Below are positions 50,590 through 64,000 of a DNA stretch of 64,000 nt, one piece after another; position 1 is the stretch's first letter, and each line of letters begins with the position of its first letter. A model generated the notes under the pieces. It saw nothing but the letters and a program-made list of their open reading frames with translations, did not search any database and was not told the DNA's origin. A program made the position numbers and the translations under genes. Source of the stretch: Camelus ferus (Eukaryota); contig NC_045696.1 of assembly GCF_009834535.1 (NCBI RefSeq), positions 122,142,001-122,206,000 on the forward strand. Direction: 5' to 3'.

Positions 50590-53500
50590 TCCGAACTGAG
50601 CATGTGGAGAGACGTTCGTTCATTTAGCACAAAGGGAACGGGTTGCAGGAGCAACTTTTACTCTGGTTTCTCAGTCTGTTTCCTAGTTCCGGTTCGAAAT
50701 TCCTGCAGTTTTCACTGTAAAACCGAGTTGGAGCTAGTACCTACCCATATATTTGTATGGAGTGAAGTTTGCAACTGAAAAGAAACTTTGTGTTCCCAAC
50801 AAGCTTGGTGAAGGACTTCTTTCACACACACTTATCTCTCAGAACTGAGCATATGGAGAGACGTTCGTTTATCTATCACAAAGGGAACGGGTTGCAGGAG
50901 AAACTTTTACTCTGGTTTATAATTCTGTTTCCTAGTGCCGGTTTGAAGTTCCTGCATTTTTCACTGTAAAAGATATTTGGAGCTTGTACATCCCCATATA
51001 TTTATATGGATGGGAGTTGGCTACTAAAAAGAAAATTTGTGTTCCCAAAAAGCTAGGTTTAGGACGGCTTTCACACACACTTATCTCTCAGAACTGAGCA
51101 TGTGGAGAGACGTTTGTTCATCTAGCACAAAGGGAACTGGTTGCAGGAGAAACTTTTACTCTGGTTCCTCATTCTGTTTCGTGTGCCGGTTAGAATTTCC
51201 TGCAGTTTTCACTTTAAAACCGAGTTGGAGCTAGTACCTCCCCATATATAAGTATGGACTGAAGTTTGCAACAGAAAAGAAACTTTGTGTTCCCAAAAAG
51301 CTAGGTGAATGACGGCTTTCACACACACTTATCTCTCCAAACTGAGCATGTGGAGAGACGTTCGTTTATCTATCACAAAGGGAACGGTTTGCAGGAGAAA
51401 CTTTTACTCTGGTTTATAAGTCTGTTTCCTAGTGCCGGTTTGAAGTTCCTGCAATTTTCACTGTAAAACAGTGTTGGAACTTGTACATCCCCATATATTT
51501 GTATGGATTGGAGTTTGCAACTGAAAAGAAACTTTGTTTTCCCAACAAGCTAGTTGAAGTACGGCTTACACACACACTTATCTCTAAGAACTGAGCTTGT
51601 GGAGAGACGTTCATTCATCTAGCACAACGGAACGTGTTGCAGGAAAACTTTTACTCTGGTTTCTCAGTCTGTATCCTTGTGCAGGTTTGGAGTTCCTGCA
51701 GTTTTCACTGTAATCCCGAGTTGGAGCTAGTACCTCCCCATAGATATGTATGGAGTGGAGTTTGCAATTGAAAAGAAACTTTGTGTTCACAACAAGCAAG
51801 GTGAAGGCGGCTTTCACACACACTTATCTCCCTAGAACTGAGCATGTGGAGAGACGTTCGTTCATCTAGCACAAATGGAACGGGTTGCAGGAGAAACATT
51901 TACTCTGGTTTCTCAGTCTGTTTCCTAGTGCCGGTTTGAAGTTCCTGCAATTTTCACTGTAAAACAGTGTTGGAACTTGTACATCCCCATATATTTGTAT
52001 GGATTGGAGTTTGCAACTGAAAAGAAACTTTGTTTTCCCAACAAGCTAGTTGAAGTACGGCTTTCACACACACTTATCTCTCAGATATGAGCATGTGGAG
52101 AGACGTTCGTTCATCTAGCACAAAGGGAACGGGTTGCTGGAGAAACTTTTACTCTGGTTTCTCAGGCTTTTTCCTAGTGCCTGTTTGAATTTCCTGCAGT
52201 TTTCACAGTAAAACAACGTTGAAGCTAGTACCTCCCAGTATATATGTATGGAGTGGAGTTTGCAACTGAAAAGAAACTTTGTGTTCCCAACAAGCTAGGT
52301 GAAGTACTGCTATCACACACAATTATCTCTCAGAACTGAGCATGTGGAGAGAAGTTCGTTCATCTAGCACAATAGGAACGGTTGTAGTAGAAAATTTTAC
52401 TCTGGATTCTCAGACTGATTCCTGGTGCCGGTTTGAAGTTCCTGCAATTTTCACTGTAAAACAGAGTTGGTGCTTGAAACTCCCCATATATTTGTATGGA
52501 TTGGAGTTTGCAACTGAAAAGATTCTTTGTGTTCCCAACAATCTAGGTGAAGTAGGGCTTTCACACACACTTATTTCTAAGAACTGAGCATGTGGATAGA
52601 AGTTCGTTCATCTAGCAAAAAGGAACGGGTTACAAGAGAAAATTTTACTCTGGATTCTCAGTCTGTTTCCTAGTGCCGGTTTGAACTTCCTGCAATTTTC
52701 AGTGTAAAACAGAGTTGGAGCTAGTAAATCCCCATATATATGTATGGAGTGGAGTTTGCAACTGAATAGATACTTTGTGTTCCCAACAAGCTAGTTGAAG
52801 GCGGCTTTCACACACACTAATCTCTCAGAAATGAGCATGTGGAGAGACGTTCGTTAATCTAGCACAAAGGGAACGGTTTGCAGGAGAAAATATTACTCTG
52901 GTCTCTCAGTCTGTTTCCTAGTGCCGGTTTGAAGTTCCTGCAGTTTTCACTGTAAAACCGAGTTGGAGCTAGTACCTCCCCATATATATGTATGTATTGG
53001 AGTTAGCAACTGAAAAGAAACTTTGTGTTCCCAACAAGCTAGGTGTAGTACGGCTTTCACACACAATTATCTCTCAGAACTGAGCATGTGGAGAGACGTT
53101 CGTTCATCTCGCACAAAGGGAACGAGTCGCCGGGGAAAATATTACTCTGGTTTCTCAAACTTTTTCTTAGTGCCTGTTTGAAGTTCCTTAAATTTTCACT
53201 GTAAAACAGTGTTGGAAATTGTACATCCCCATATATTTTTATGGATTGGAGTTTGCAACTGAAAAGAAACTTTGTATTCCCAACATGCTATTTGAAGGAC
53301 GGCTTACACACACACTTATCTCTAAGAACTGAGCTTGTGGAGAGACGTTCGTTCATCTAGCACAAAGGAACGTGTTGCAGGAAAAACTTTTACTCTGGTT
53401 TCTCAGTCTGTATCCTTGTGCAGGTTTGGAGTTCCTGCAGTTTTCACTGTAATCCCGAGTTGGAGCTAGTACCTCCCCATAGATATGTATGGAGTGGAGT

Positions 53501-56500
53501 TTGCAATTGAAAAGAAACTTTGTGTTCACAACAAGCAAGGTGAAGGCGGCTTTCACACACACTTATCTCCCTAGAACTGAGCATGTGGAGAGACGTTCGT
53601 TCATCTAGCACAAATGGAACGGGTTGCAGGAGAAACATTTACTCTGGTTTCTCAGTCTGTTTCCTAGTGCCGGTTTGAAGTTCCTGCAATTTTCACTGTA
53701 AAACTGTGTTGGAACTTGTACATCCCCATATATTTGTATGGATTGGAGTTTGCAACTGAAAAGAAACTTTGTTTTCCCAACAAGCTAGTTGAAGTACGGC
53801 TTTCACACACACTTATCTCTCAGATATGAGCATGTGGAGAGACATTCGTTCATCTAGCACAAAGGGAACGGGTTGCTGGAGAAACTTTTACTCTGGTTTC
53901 TCAGTCTTTTTCCTAGTGCCTGTTTGAATTTCCTGCAGTTTTCACTGTAAAATCGATTTGGAGCTAGTACCTCCCCAGAGATATGTATGGAGTGGGGTTT
54001 GCAACTGAAAAGAAACTTTGTGTTCCCAACAATCTAGGTGAATGACGGCTTTCACACACACTTATCTCTCAGAAATGAGCATGTGGATAGACGTTGGTTC
54101 ATCTAGCACAAAGGGAACGGGTTTCAGGGGAAACATTTACTCTGGGTTCTCAATCTGTTTCCTAGTGCCGGTTTGAAGTTCCTGCAGTTTTCACTGTAAA
54201 ACCGAGTTGGAGATAGTACCACCCCATAGATATTTATGGAGTGGTGTTTGCAACTGAAAAGAACCTTTGTGTCCCCAACAAGCTAGGTGAAGAACTGCAA
54301 TCACACACACATATCTCTCAGAACTGAGCATGTGGAGAGACGTTCGTTCATCTAGCACAATAGGAACGGTTTTTAGTAGAAAATTTTACTCTGGTTTCTC
54401 AGTCTGTTTCCTGGTGCCGGTTTGAAGTTCCTGCAATTTTCACTGTAAAACAGAGTTGGAGCTTGAAACTCCCCATATATTTGTATGGATTGGTGTTTGC
54501 AACTGAAAAGAATCTTTGTGTTCCCAACAAGCTAGGTAAATTAGGGCTTTCACACACACTTATTTCTAAGAACTGAGCATGTGGATAGAATTTCGTTCAT
54601 CTAGCACACAGGAACGGGTTACAAGAGAAACTTTTCCTCTGGATTCTCAGTCTTTTTCCTAGTGCCGGTTTGAAGTTCCTGCAGTTTTCACTGTAAAACA
54701 GAGTTGGAGCTAGGAAATCCCCATATATTTGTATGGATTGGAGTTTGAAAATGATAAGAAAATTTGTGTTCCCAACAACCTAGGTGAAGGACGGTATTCA
54801 CACACACTTATCTCCCAGAACTGAGCAGGTGGAGAGACGTTCGTTCATCTAGCACAAAGGGAACGGGTTGCAGGAGCAACTTTTACTCTGGTTTCTCAGT
54901 GTGTTTCCTAGTGCTGGTTTGAATTTCCTGCAGTTTTCACTGTAAAACAGAGTTGGAGCTTGTACATCCCCATATATTTGTATGGATTGGAGTTAGCAAC
55001 TGAAAAGAAACTTTGTGTTCCCAAGAAGCTAGGTCAAGTACGGCTTTCACACACACTTATCTCTCAGAACTGAGCATGTGGAGAGACGTTCATTCATTTA
55101 GCACAAACGGAAGGAGTCTCCGGAGAAAATTTTACTCTGGTTTCTCAGTCTTTTTCTTAGTGCCTGTTTCAAGTTCCTTCAATTTTCAATGTAAAACAGT
55201 GTTGGAACTTGTACATCCCCATATATTTGTATGGATTGGAGTTTGCTACTGAAAAGAAACTTTGAGTTCCCAACAATTTAGCTGACGGACGGCTTTCACC
55301 CACCCTTAACTTTAAGAACTGAGCATGTGGAGAGACGTTTGTTCATCTAGCATAAAGGGAACTGGTTGCAGGAGAAACTTTTACATTGGTTCCTAAGTCT
55401 GTTTCTTGTGCCGGTTTGAAGTTCCTGCAGTTTTCACTGTAAAACAGATTTGGAGCTTGTACCTCCCCATATATAAGTATGGAGTGAAGTTTGCAACTGG
55501 AAAGAAACTTTGTGTTCTCAACAAGCTAGGTGAAGGACGGCTTTCACACACATTTATCTCTCAGAACTGAGCATGTGGAGAGACGTTCGTTTATCAATCA
55601 CAAATGGAACGGGTTGAAGGAGAAATGTTACTCTGGTTTCTAAGTCGGTTTCCTAGTGCCAGTTTGAAGTTCCTGCAGTTTTCACTGTAAAACCGAGTTG
55701 GAGCTAGTACCTCCCCATAGATATGAATGTAGTGGTGTTTGCAACTGAAAAGAAACTTTGTGTTCCCAACAAGCTAGCTGAATTATTGTGATCACACTCA
55801 CATATCACTCAGAACTGAGCATGTGGAGAGACGTTCGTTCATCTAGCCCAAAGGGAATGGGTTGCAGGAGAAACATTTACTCTGGTTTCTCAGTGTGTTT
55901 CCTAGTGCCGGTTTGAAGTTCCTGCAGTTTTCACTGTAAAAAAGTGTTGGAGCTTGTACATCCCCTATATTTGTATGGATTGGAGTATGCAACTGAAAAG
56001 AAACTTAGTGTTCCCAACACGCTAGGTGAAGTACGGCTTTCACACACACATATCTCTCAGAACTGAGCATGTGGAGAGACGTTCGTTCATTTAGCACAAA
56101 GGGAACGGGTTGCAGGAGCAACTTTTACTCTGGTTTCTCAGTCTGTTTCCTAGTGCCGGTTCGAAATTCCTGCAGTTTTCACTGTAAAACCGAGTTGGAG
56201 CTAGTATCTACCCATATATTAGTATGGAGTGAAGTTTGCAACTGAAAAGAAACTTTGTGTTCCCAACAAGCTTGGTGAAGGACTTCTTTCACACACACTT
56301 ATCTCTCAGAACTGAGCTTATGGAGAGACGTTCGTTTATCTATCACAAAGGGAACGGGTTGCAGGAGAAACTTTTACTCTGGTTTATAATTCTGTTTCCT
56401 AGTGCCTGTTTGAAGTTCCTGCATTTTTCACTGTAAAAGATATTTGGAGCTTGTACATCCCCATATATTTTTATGGATGGGAGTTGGCTACTAAAAAGAA

Positions 56501-59500
56501 AATTTGTGTTCCCAAAAAGCTAGGTTTAGGACGGCTTTCACACACACTTATCTCTCAGAACTGAGCATGTGGAGAGACGTTTGTTCATCTAGCAAAAAGG
56601 GAACTGGTTGCAGGAGAAACTTTTACTCTGGTTCCTCATTCTGTTTCGTGTGCCGGTTAGAATTTCCTGCAGTTTTCACTTTAAAACCGAGTTGGAGCTA
56701 GTACCTCCCCATATATAAGTATGGACTGAAGTTTGCAACAGAAAAGAAACTTTGTGTTCCCAACAAGCTAGGTGAAGTACTGCTTTCACACACACATATC
56801 TCTCAGAACTGAGCATGTGGAGAGACGTTCGTTCATTTAGCACAAAGGGAACGGGTTGCAGGAGCAACTTTTACTCTGGTTTCTCAGTCTGTTTCCTAGT
56901 GCCGGTTCGAAATTCCTGCAGTTTTCACTGTAAAACCGAGTTGGAGCTAGTACCTACCCATATATTAGTAAGGAGTGAAGTTTGCAACTGAAAAGAAACT
57001 TTGTGTTCCCAACAAGCTTGTTGAAGGACTTCTTTCACACACACTTATCTCTCAGAACTGATCATATGGAGAGACGTTCGTTTATCTATCACAAAGGGAA
57101 CGGGTTGCAGGGAAACTTTTACTCTGGTTTATAATTCTTTTTCCTAGACCGGTTTGAAGTTCCTGCATTTTTCACTGTAAAAGATATTTGGAGCTTGTAC
57201 ATCCCCATATATTTATATGGATGGGAGTTGGCTACTAAAAAGAAAATTTGTGTTCCCAAAAAGCTAGGTTTAGGACGGCTTTCACACACACTTATCTCTC
57301 AGAACTGAGCATGTGGAGAGACGTTTGTTCATCTAGCACAAAGGGAACTGGTTGCAGGAGAAACTTTTACTCTGGTTCCTCATTCTGTTTCGTGTGCCGG
57401 TTAGAATTTCCTGCAGTTTTCACTTTAAAACCGAGTTGGAGCTAGTACCTCCCCATATATAAGTATGGACTGAAGTTTGCAACAGAAAAGAAACTTTGTG
57501 TTCCCAAAAAGCTAGGTGAATGACGGCTTTCACACACACTTATCTCTCCAAACTGAGCATGTGGAGAGACGTTCGTTTATCTATCACAAAGGGAACGGTT
57601 TGCAGGAGAAACTTTTACTCTGGTTTATAAGTCTGTTTCCTAGTGCCGGTTTGAAGTTCCTGCAATTTTCACTGTAAAACAGTGTTGGAACTTGTACATC
57701 CCCATATATTTGTATGGATTGGAGTTTGCAACTGAAAAGAAACTTTGTTTTCCCAACAAGCTAGTTGAAGTACGGCTTACACACCCACTTATCTCTAAGA
57801 ACTGAGCTTGTGGAGAGACGTTCATTCATCTAGCACAACGGAACGTGTTGCAGGAAAACTTTTACTCTGGTTTCTCAGTCTGTATCCTTGTGCAGGTTTG
57901 GAGTTCCTGCAGTTTTCACTGTAATCCCGAGTTGGAGCTAGTACCTCCCCATAGATATGTATGGAGTGGAGTTTGCAATTGAAAAGAAACTTTGTGTTCA
58001 CAACAAGCAAGGTGAAGGCGGCTTTCACACACACTTATCTCCCTAGAACTGAGCATGTGGAGAGACGTTCGTTCATCTAGCACAAATGGAACGGGTTGCA
58101 GGAGAAACATTTACTCTGGTTTCTCAGTCTGTTTCCTAGTGCCGGTTTGAAGTTCCTGCAATTTTCACTGTAAAACAGTGTTGGAACTTGTACATCCCCA
58201 TATATTTGTATGGATTGGAGTTTGCAACTGAAAAGAAACTTTGTTTTCCCAACAAGCTAGTTGAAGTACGGCTTTCACACACACTTATCTCTCAGATATG
58301 AGCATGTGGAGAGACGTTCGTTCATCTAGCACAAAGGGAACGGGTTGCTGGAGAAACTTTTACTCTGGTTTCTCAGGCTTTTTCCTAGTGCCTGTTTGAA
58401 TTTCCTGCAGTTTTCACAGTAAAACAACGTTGAAGCTAGTACCTCCCAGTATATATGTATGGAGTGGAGTTTGCAACTGAAAAGAAACTTTGTGTTCCCA
58501 ACAAGCTAGGTGAAGTACTGCTATCACACACAATTATCTCTCAGAACTGAGCATGTGGAGAGAAGTTCGTTCATCTAGCACAATAGGAACGGTTGTAGTA
58601 GAAAATTTTACTCTGGATTCTCAGACTGATTCCTGGTGCCGGTTTGAAGTTCCTGCAATTTTCACTGTAAAACAGAGTTGGTGCTTGAAACTCCCCATAT
58701 ATTTGTATGGATTGGAGTTTGCAACTGAAAAGATTCTTTGTGTTCCCAACAATCTAGGTGAAGTAGGGCTTTCACACACACTTATTTCTAAGAACTGAGC
58801 ATGTGGATAGAAGTTCGTTCATCTAGCAAAAAGGAACGGGTTACAAGAGAAAATTTTACTCTGGATTCTCAGTCTGTTTCCTAGTGCCGGTTTGAACTTC
58901 CTGCAATTTTCAGTGTAAAACAGAGTTGGAGCTAGTAAATCCCCATATATATGTATGGAGTGGAGTTTGCAACTGAATAGATACTTTGTGTTCCCAACAA
59001 GCTAGTTGAAGGCGGCTTTCACACACACTAATCTCTCAGAAATGAGCATGTGGAGAGACGTTCGTTAATCTAGCACAAAGGGAACGGTTTGCAGGAGAAA
59101 ATATTACTCTGGTCTCTCAGTCTGTTTCCTAGTGCCGGTTTGAAGTTCCTGCAGTTTTCACTGTAAAACCGAGTTGGAGCTAGTACCTCCCCATATATAT
59201 GTATGTATTGGAGTTAGCAACTGAAAAGAAACTTTGTGTTCCCAACAAGCTAGGTGTAGTACGGCTTTCACACACAATTATCTCTCAGAACTGAGCATGT
59301 GGAGAGACGTTCGTTCATCTCGCACAAAGGGAACGAGTCGCCGGGGAAAATATTACTCTGGTTTCTCAAACTTTTTCTTAGTGCCTGTTTGAAGTTCCTT
59401 AAATTTTCACTGTAAAACAGTGTTGGAAATTGTACATCCCCATATATTTTTATGGATTGGAGTTTGCAACTGAAAAGAAACTTTGTATTCCCAACATGCT

Positions 59501-62480
59501 AATTGAAGGACGGCTTACACACACACTTATCTCTAAGAACTGAGCTTGTGGAGAGACGTTCGTTCATCTAGCACAAAGGAACGTGTTGCAGGAAAAACTT
59601 TTACTCTGGTTTCTCAGTCTGCATCCTTGTGCAGGTTTGGAGTTCCTGCAGTTTTCACTGTAATCCCGAGTTGGAGCTAGTACCTCCCCATAGATATGTA
59701 TGGAGTGGAGTTTGCAATTGAAAAGAAACTTTGTGTTCACAACAAGCAAGGTGAAGGCGGCTTTCACACACACTTATCTCCCTAGAACTGAGCATGTGGA
59801 GAGACGTTCGTTCATCTAGCACAAATGGAACGGGTTGCAGGAGAAACATTTACTCTGGTTTCTCAGTCTGTTTCCTAGTGCCGGTTTGAAGTTCCTGCAA
59901 TTTTCACTGTAAAACTGTGTTGGAACTTGTACATCCCCATATATTTGTATGGATTGGAGTTTGCAACTGAAAAGAAACTTTGTTTTCCCAACAAGCTAGT
60001 TGAAGTACGGCTTTCACACACACTTATCTCTCAGATATGAGCATGTGGAGAGACGTTCGTTCATCTAGCACAAAGGGAACGGGTTGCTGGAGAAACTTTT
60101 ACTCTGGTTTCTCAGTCTTTTTCCTAGTGCCTGTTTGAATTTCCTGCAGTTTTCACTGCAAAATCGATTTGGAGCTAGTACCTCCCCAGAGATATGTATG
60201 GAGTGGGGTTTGCAACTGAAAAGAAACTTTGTGTTCCCAACAATCTAGGTGAATGACGGCTTTCACACACACTTATCTCTCAGAAATGAGCATGTGGATA
60301 GACGTTGGTTCATCTAGCACAAAGGGAACGGGTTTCAGGGGAAACATTTACTCTGGGTTCTCAATCTGTTTCCTAGTGCCGGTTTGAAGTTCCTGCAGTT
60401 TTCACTGTAAAACCGAGTTGGAGATAGTACCACCCCATAGATATTTATGGAGTGGTGTTTGCAACTGAAAAGAACCTTTGTGTTCCCAACAAGCTAGGTG
60501 AAGAACTGCAATCACACACACATATCTCTCAGAACTGAGCATGTGGAGAGACGTTCGTTCATCTAGCACAATAGGAACGGTTTTTAGTAGAAAATTTTAC
60601 TCTGGTTTCTCAGTCTGTTTCCTGGTGCCGGTTTGAAGTTCCTGCAATTTTCACTGTAAAACAGAGTTGGAGCTTGAAACTCCCCATATATTTGTATGGA
60701 TTGGTGTTTGCAACTGAAAAGAATCTTTGTGTTCCCAACAAGCTAGGTAAATTAGGGCTTTCACACACACTTATTTCTAAGAACTGAGCATGTGGATAGA
60801 ATTTCGTTCATCTAGCACACAGGAACGGGTTACAAGAGAAACTTTTACTCTGGATTCTCAGTCTTTTTCCTAGTGCCGGTTTGAAGTTCCTGCAGTTTTC
60901 ACTGTAAAACAGAGTTGGAGCTAGGAAATCCCCATATATTTGTATGGATTGGAGTTTGAAAATGATAAGAAACTTTGTGTTCCCAACAACCTAGGTGAAG
61001 GACGGTATTCACACACACTTATCTCCCAGAACTGAGCAGGTGGAGAGACGTTCGTTCATCTAGCACAAAGGGAACGGGTTGCAGGAGCAACTTTTACTCT
61101 GGTTTCTCAGTGTGTTTCCTAGTGCTGGTTTGAATTTCCTGCAGTTTTCACTGTAAAACAGAGTTGGAGCTTGTACATCCCCATATATTTGTATGGATTG
61201 GAGTTAGCAACTGAAAAGAAACTTTGTGTTCCCAAGAAGCTAGGTCAAGTACGGCTTTCACACACACTTATCTCTCAGAACTGAGCATGTGGAGAGACGT
61301 TCATTCATTTAGCACAAACGGAAGGAGTCTCCGGAGAAAATTATACTCTGGTTTCTCAGTCTTTTTCTTAGTGCCTGTTTCAAGTTCCTTCAATTTTCAA
61401 TGTAAAACAGTGTTGGAACTTGTACATCCCCATATATTTGTATGGATTGGAGTTTGCTACTGAAAAGAAACTTTGAGTTCCCAACAATTTAGCTGACGGA
61501 CGGCTTTCACCCACCCTTAACTTTAAGAACTGAGCATGTGGAGAGACGTTTGTTCATCTAGCATAAAGGGAACTGGTTGCAGGAGAAACTTTTACATTGG
61601 TTCCTAAGTCTGTTTCTTGTGCCGGTTTGAAGTTCCTGCAGTTTTCACTGTAAAACAGATTTGGAGCTTGTACCTCCCCATATATAAGTATGGAGTGAAG
61701 TTTGCAACTGGAAAGAAACTTTGTGTTCTCAACAAGCTAGGTGAAGGACGGCTTTCACACAAATTTATATCTCAGAACTGAGCATGTGGAGAGACGTTCG
61801 TTTATCAATCACAAATGGAACGGGTTGAAGGAGAAATGTTACTCTGGTTTCTAAGTCGGTTTCCTAGTGCCGGTTTGAAGTTCCTGCAGTTTTCACTGTA
61901 AAACCGAGTTGGAGCTAGTACCTCCCCATAGATATGAATGTAGTGGTGTTTGCAACTGAAAAGAAACTTTGTGTTCCCAACAAGCTAGGTGAATTATTGT
62001 GATCACACTCACATATCACTCAGAACTGAGCATGTGGAGAGACGTTCGTTCATCTAGCCCAAAGGGAATGGGTTGCAGGAGAAACATTTACTCTGGTTTC
62101 TCAGTGTGTTTCCTAGTGCCGGTTTGAAGTTCCTGCAGTTTTCACTGTAAAAAAGTGTTGGAGCTTGTACATCCCCTATATTTGTATGGATTGGAGTATG
62201 CAACTGAAAAGAAACTTAGTGTTCCCAACACGCTAGGTGAAGTACGGCTTTCACACACACATATCTCTCAGAACTGAGCATGTGGAGAGACGTTCGTTCA
62301 TTTAGCACAAAGGGAACGGGTTGCAGGAGCAACTTTTACTCTGGTTTCTCAGTCTGTTTCCTAGTGCCGGTTCGAAATTCCTGCAGTTTTCACTGTAAAA
62401 CCGAGTTGGAGCTAGTACCTACCCATATATTAGTATGGAGTGAAGTTTGCAACTGAAAAGAAACTTTGTGTTCCCAACAA
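50590..62480 (+). repeat. Satellite domain III: 6211-bp repeat (25 monomers = 22-mer plus duplicated trimer)
   Basis: Identical peptides 6211 bp apart (51037/57248, 55013/61224); marker GGTTCGAAAT at 50691, 56158, 56904, 62369. Confidence 0.9.
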
Positions 62481-64000
62481 TCTAGGTGAATGACGGCTTT
62501 CACACACACTTATCTCTCAGATATGAGCATGTGGAGAGACGTTGGTTCATCTAGCACAAAGGGAACGGGTTTCAGGGGAAACATTTACTCTGGGTTCTCA
62601 ATCTGTTTCCTAGTGCCGGTTTGAAGTTCCTGCAGTTTTCACTGTAAAACCGAGTTGGAGATAGTACCACCCCATAGATATTTATGGAGTGGTGTTTGCA
62701 ACTGAAAAGAACCTTTGTGTTCCCAACAAGCTAGGTGAAGAACTGCAATCACACACACATATCTCTCAGAACTGAGCATGTGGAGAGACGTTCGTTCATC
62801 TAGCACAATAGGAACGGTTTTTAGTAGAAAATTTTACTCTGGTTTCTCAGTCTATTTCCTGGTGCCGGTTTGAAGTTCCTGCAATTTTCACTGTAAAACA
62901 GAGTTGGAGCTTGAAACTCCCCATATATTTGTATGGATTGGTGTTTGCAACTGAAAAGAATCTTTGTGTTCCCAACAAGCTAGGTAAAGGACGGCTTTCA
63001 CACACACTTATTTCTAAGAACTGAGCATGTGGATAGAATTTCGTTCATCTAGCACACAGGAACGTGTTACAAGAGAAACTTTTACTCTGGATTCTCAGTC
63101 TGTTTCCTAGTGCCGGGTTGAAGTTCCTGCAGTTTTCACTGTAAAACAGAGTTGGAGCTAGTAAATCCCCATATATATGTATGGAGTGGAGTTTGCAACT
63201 GAAAAGATACTTTGTGTTCCCAACAAGCTAGGTGAAGGCGGCTTTCACACACACTAATCTCCAGAACTCAGCATGTGGAGAGACGTTCGTTCATCTAGCA
63301 CAAAGGGAACGGTTTGCAGGAGAAAATATTACTCTGGTCTCTCAGTCTGTTTCCTAGTGCCGGTTTGAAATTCCTGAAGTTTTCACTGTAAAACCGAGTT
63401 GGAGCCAATACCTCCCCATATATTTTTATGGATTGGAGTTTGAAAATGATAAGAAACTTTGTGTGCCCAACAACCTAGGTGAAGGACGGCATTCACACAC
63501 ACTTATCTCCCAGAACTGAGCATGTGGAGAGACGTTCGTTTATCTATCACAAAGGGAACGGTTTGCAGGAGAAACTTTTACTCTGGTTTATAAGTCTGTT
63601 TCCTAGTGCCGGTTTGAAGTTCCTGCAGTTTTCACTGTAAACCAGAGTTGGAGCTAGTACCTCCCCATAGATATGTATGGAGTGGTGTTTGCAACAGAAA
63701 AGAAACTTTGTTTTCCCAACAAGCTAGGTGAAGTACTGCTATCACATACACTTATCTCTCAGAACTGAGGATGTGGAGAGAAGTTCGTTCATCTAGCACA
63801 ATAGGATAGGTTGTAGTAGAAAATTTTACTCTGGTTTCTCAGACTGATTCCTGGTGCCGGTATGAAGTTCCTGCAATTTTCACTGTAAAACAGAGTTGGA
63901 GCTTGAAACTCCCCATATATTTTTATGGATTGGAGTTTGCAACTTAAAAGATTCTTTGTGTTCCCAACAATCTAGGTGAAGTAGGGCTTTCACACACACT

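Larger units (their letters stand above)
22106..64000 (+). repeat. Satellite DNA array, 248-249 bp monomer, ~168 copies, probably centromeric or pericentromeric
   Basis: AGTGCCGG at 24127, 24375, 24624, 24873 (period 248-249); consensus begins GAACTGAGCATGTGGAGAGACGTTCGTTCATCTAGCACAAAGGGAACGGGTTGCAGGAGAAAC and counts to 249 bp; no inversion or TE insertion seen; centromeric location is inference. Confidence 0.97.

Noticed and set aside
22337..61463. Many short repeated ORFs in the satellite
   Set aside because: Chance frames of the 249-bp monomer; useful only as HOR markers
22106..64000. CRISPR-like reading of the regular repeats
   Set aside because: The whole monomer repeats with no unique spacers; mammalian context and no cas genes

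Overview
Non-coding, repeat-dominated mammalian sequence, probably camelid (inferred from recalled similarity of a young L1 3' end). Three contigs are joined by two 100-N gaps, so their adjacency is not proven. (1) 1-1122: a short GC/CpG-rich stretch followed by a degenerate minisatellite of 40-85 bp units. (2) 1223-22005: a head-to-tail macrosatellite with a ~5.03 kb unit (4 full copies plus a partial one). The unit is ordinary euchromatic-type DNA (MIR, MER2B, L1 fragments, a CA-rich tract). It also carries two oppositely oriented strong CTCF motifs and a perfect 22-bp palindrome, and its TE fragments appear shifted toward GC/CpG. (3) 22106-64000: about 168 uninterrupted, co-oriented copies of a 248-249 bp centromeric-type satellite. 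These form successive higher-order repeat (HOR) domains: 10/13-mer, 22/19-mer and 22+3=25-mer. The monomer is rich in dyads and holds a CENP-B-box-like sequence split by 13 bp. I found no credible protein-coding gene or structured RNA gene. The most interesting candidates are the CTCF-bearing macrosatellite, the split CENP-B-like box and the recurrent 3-monomer (744-746 bp) change in HOR length. TE family names come from recalled consensus similarity, not from a search.
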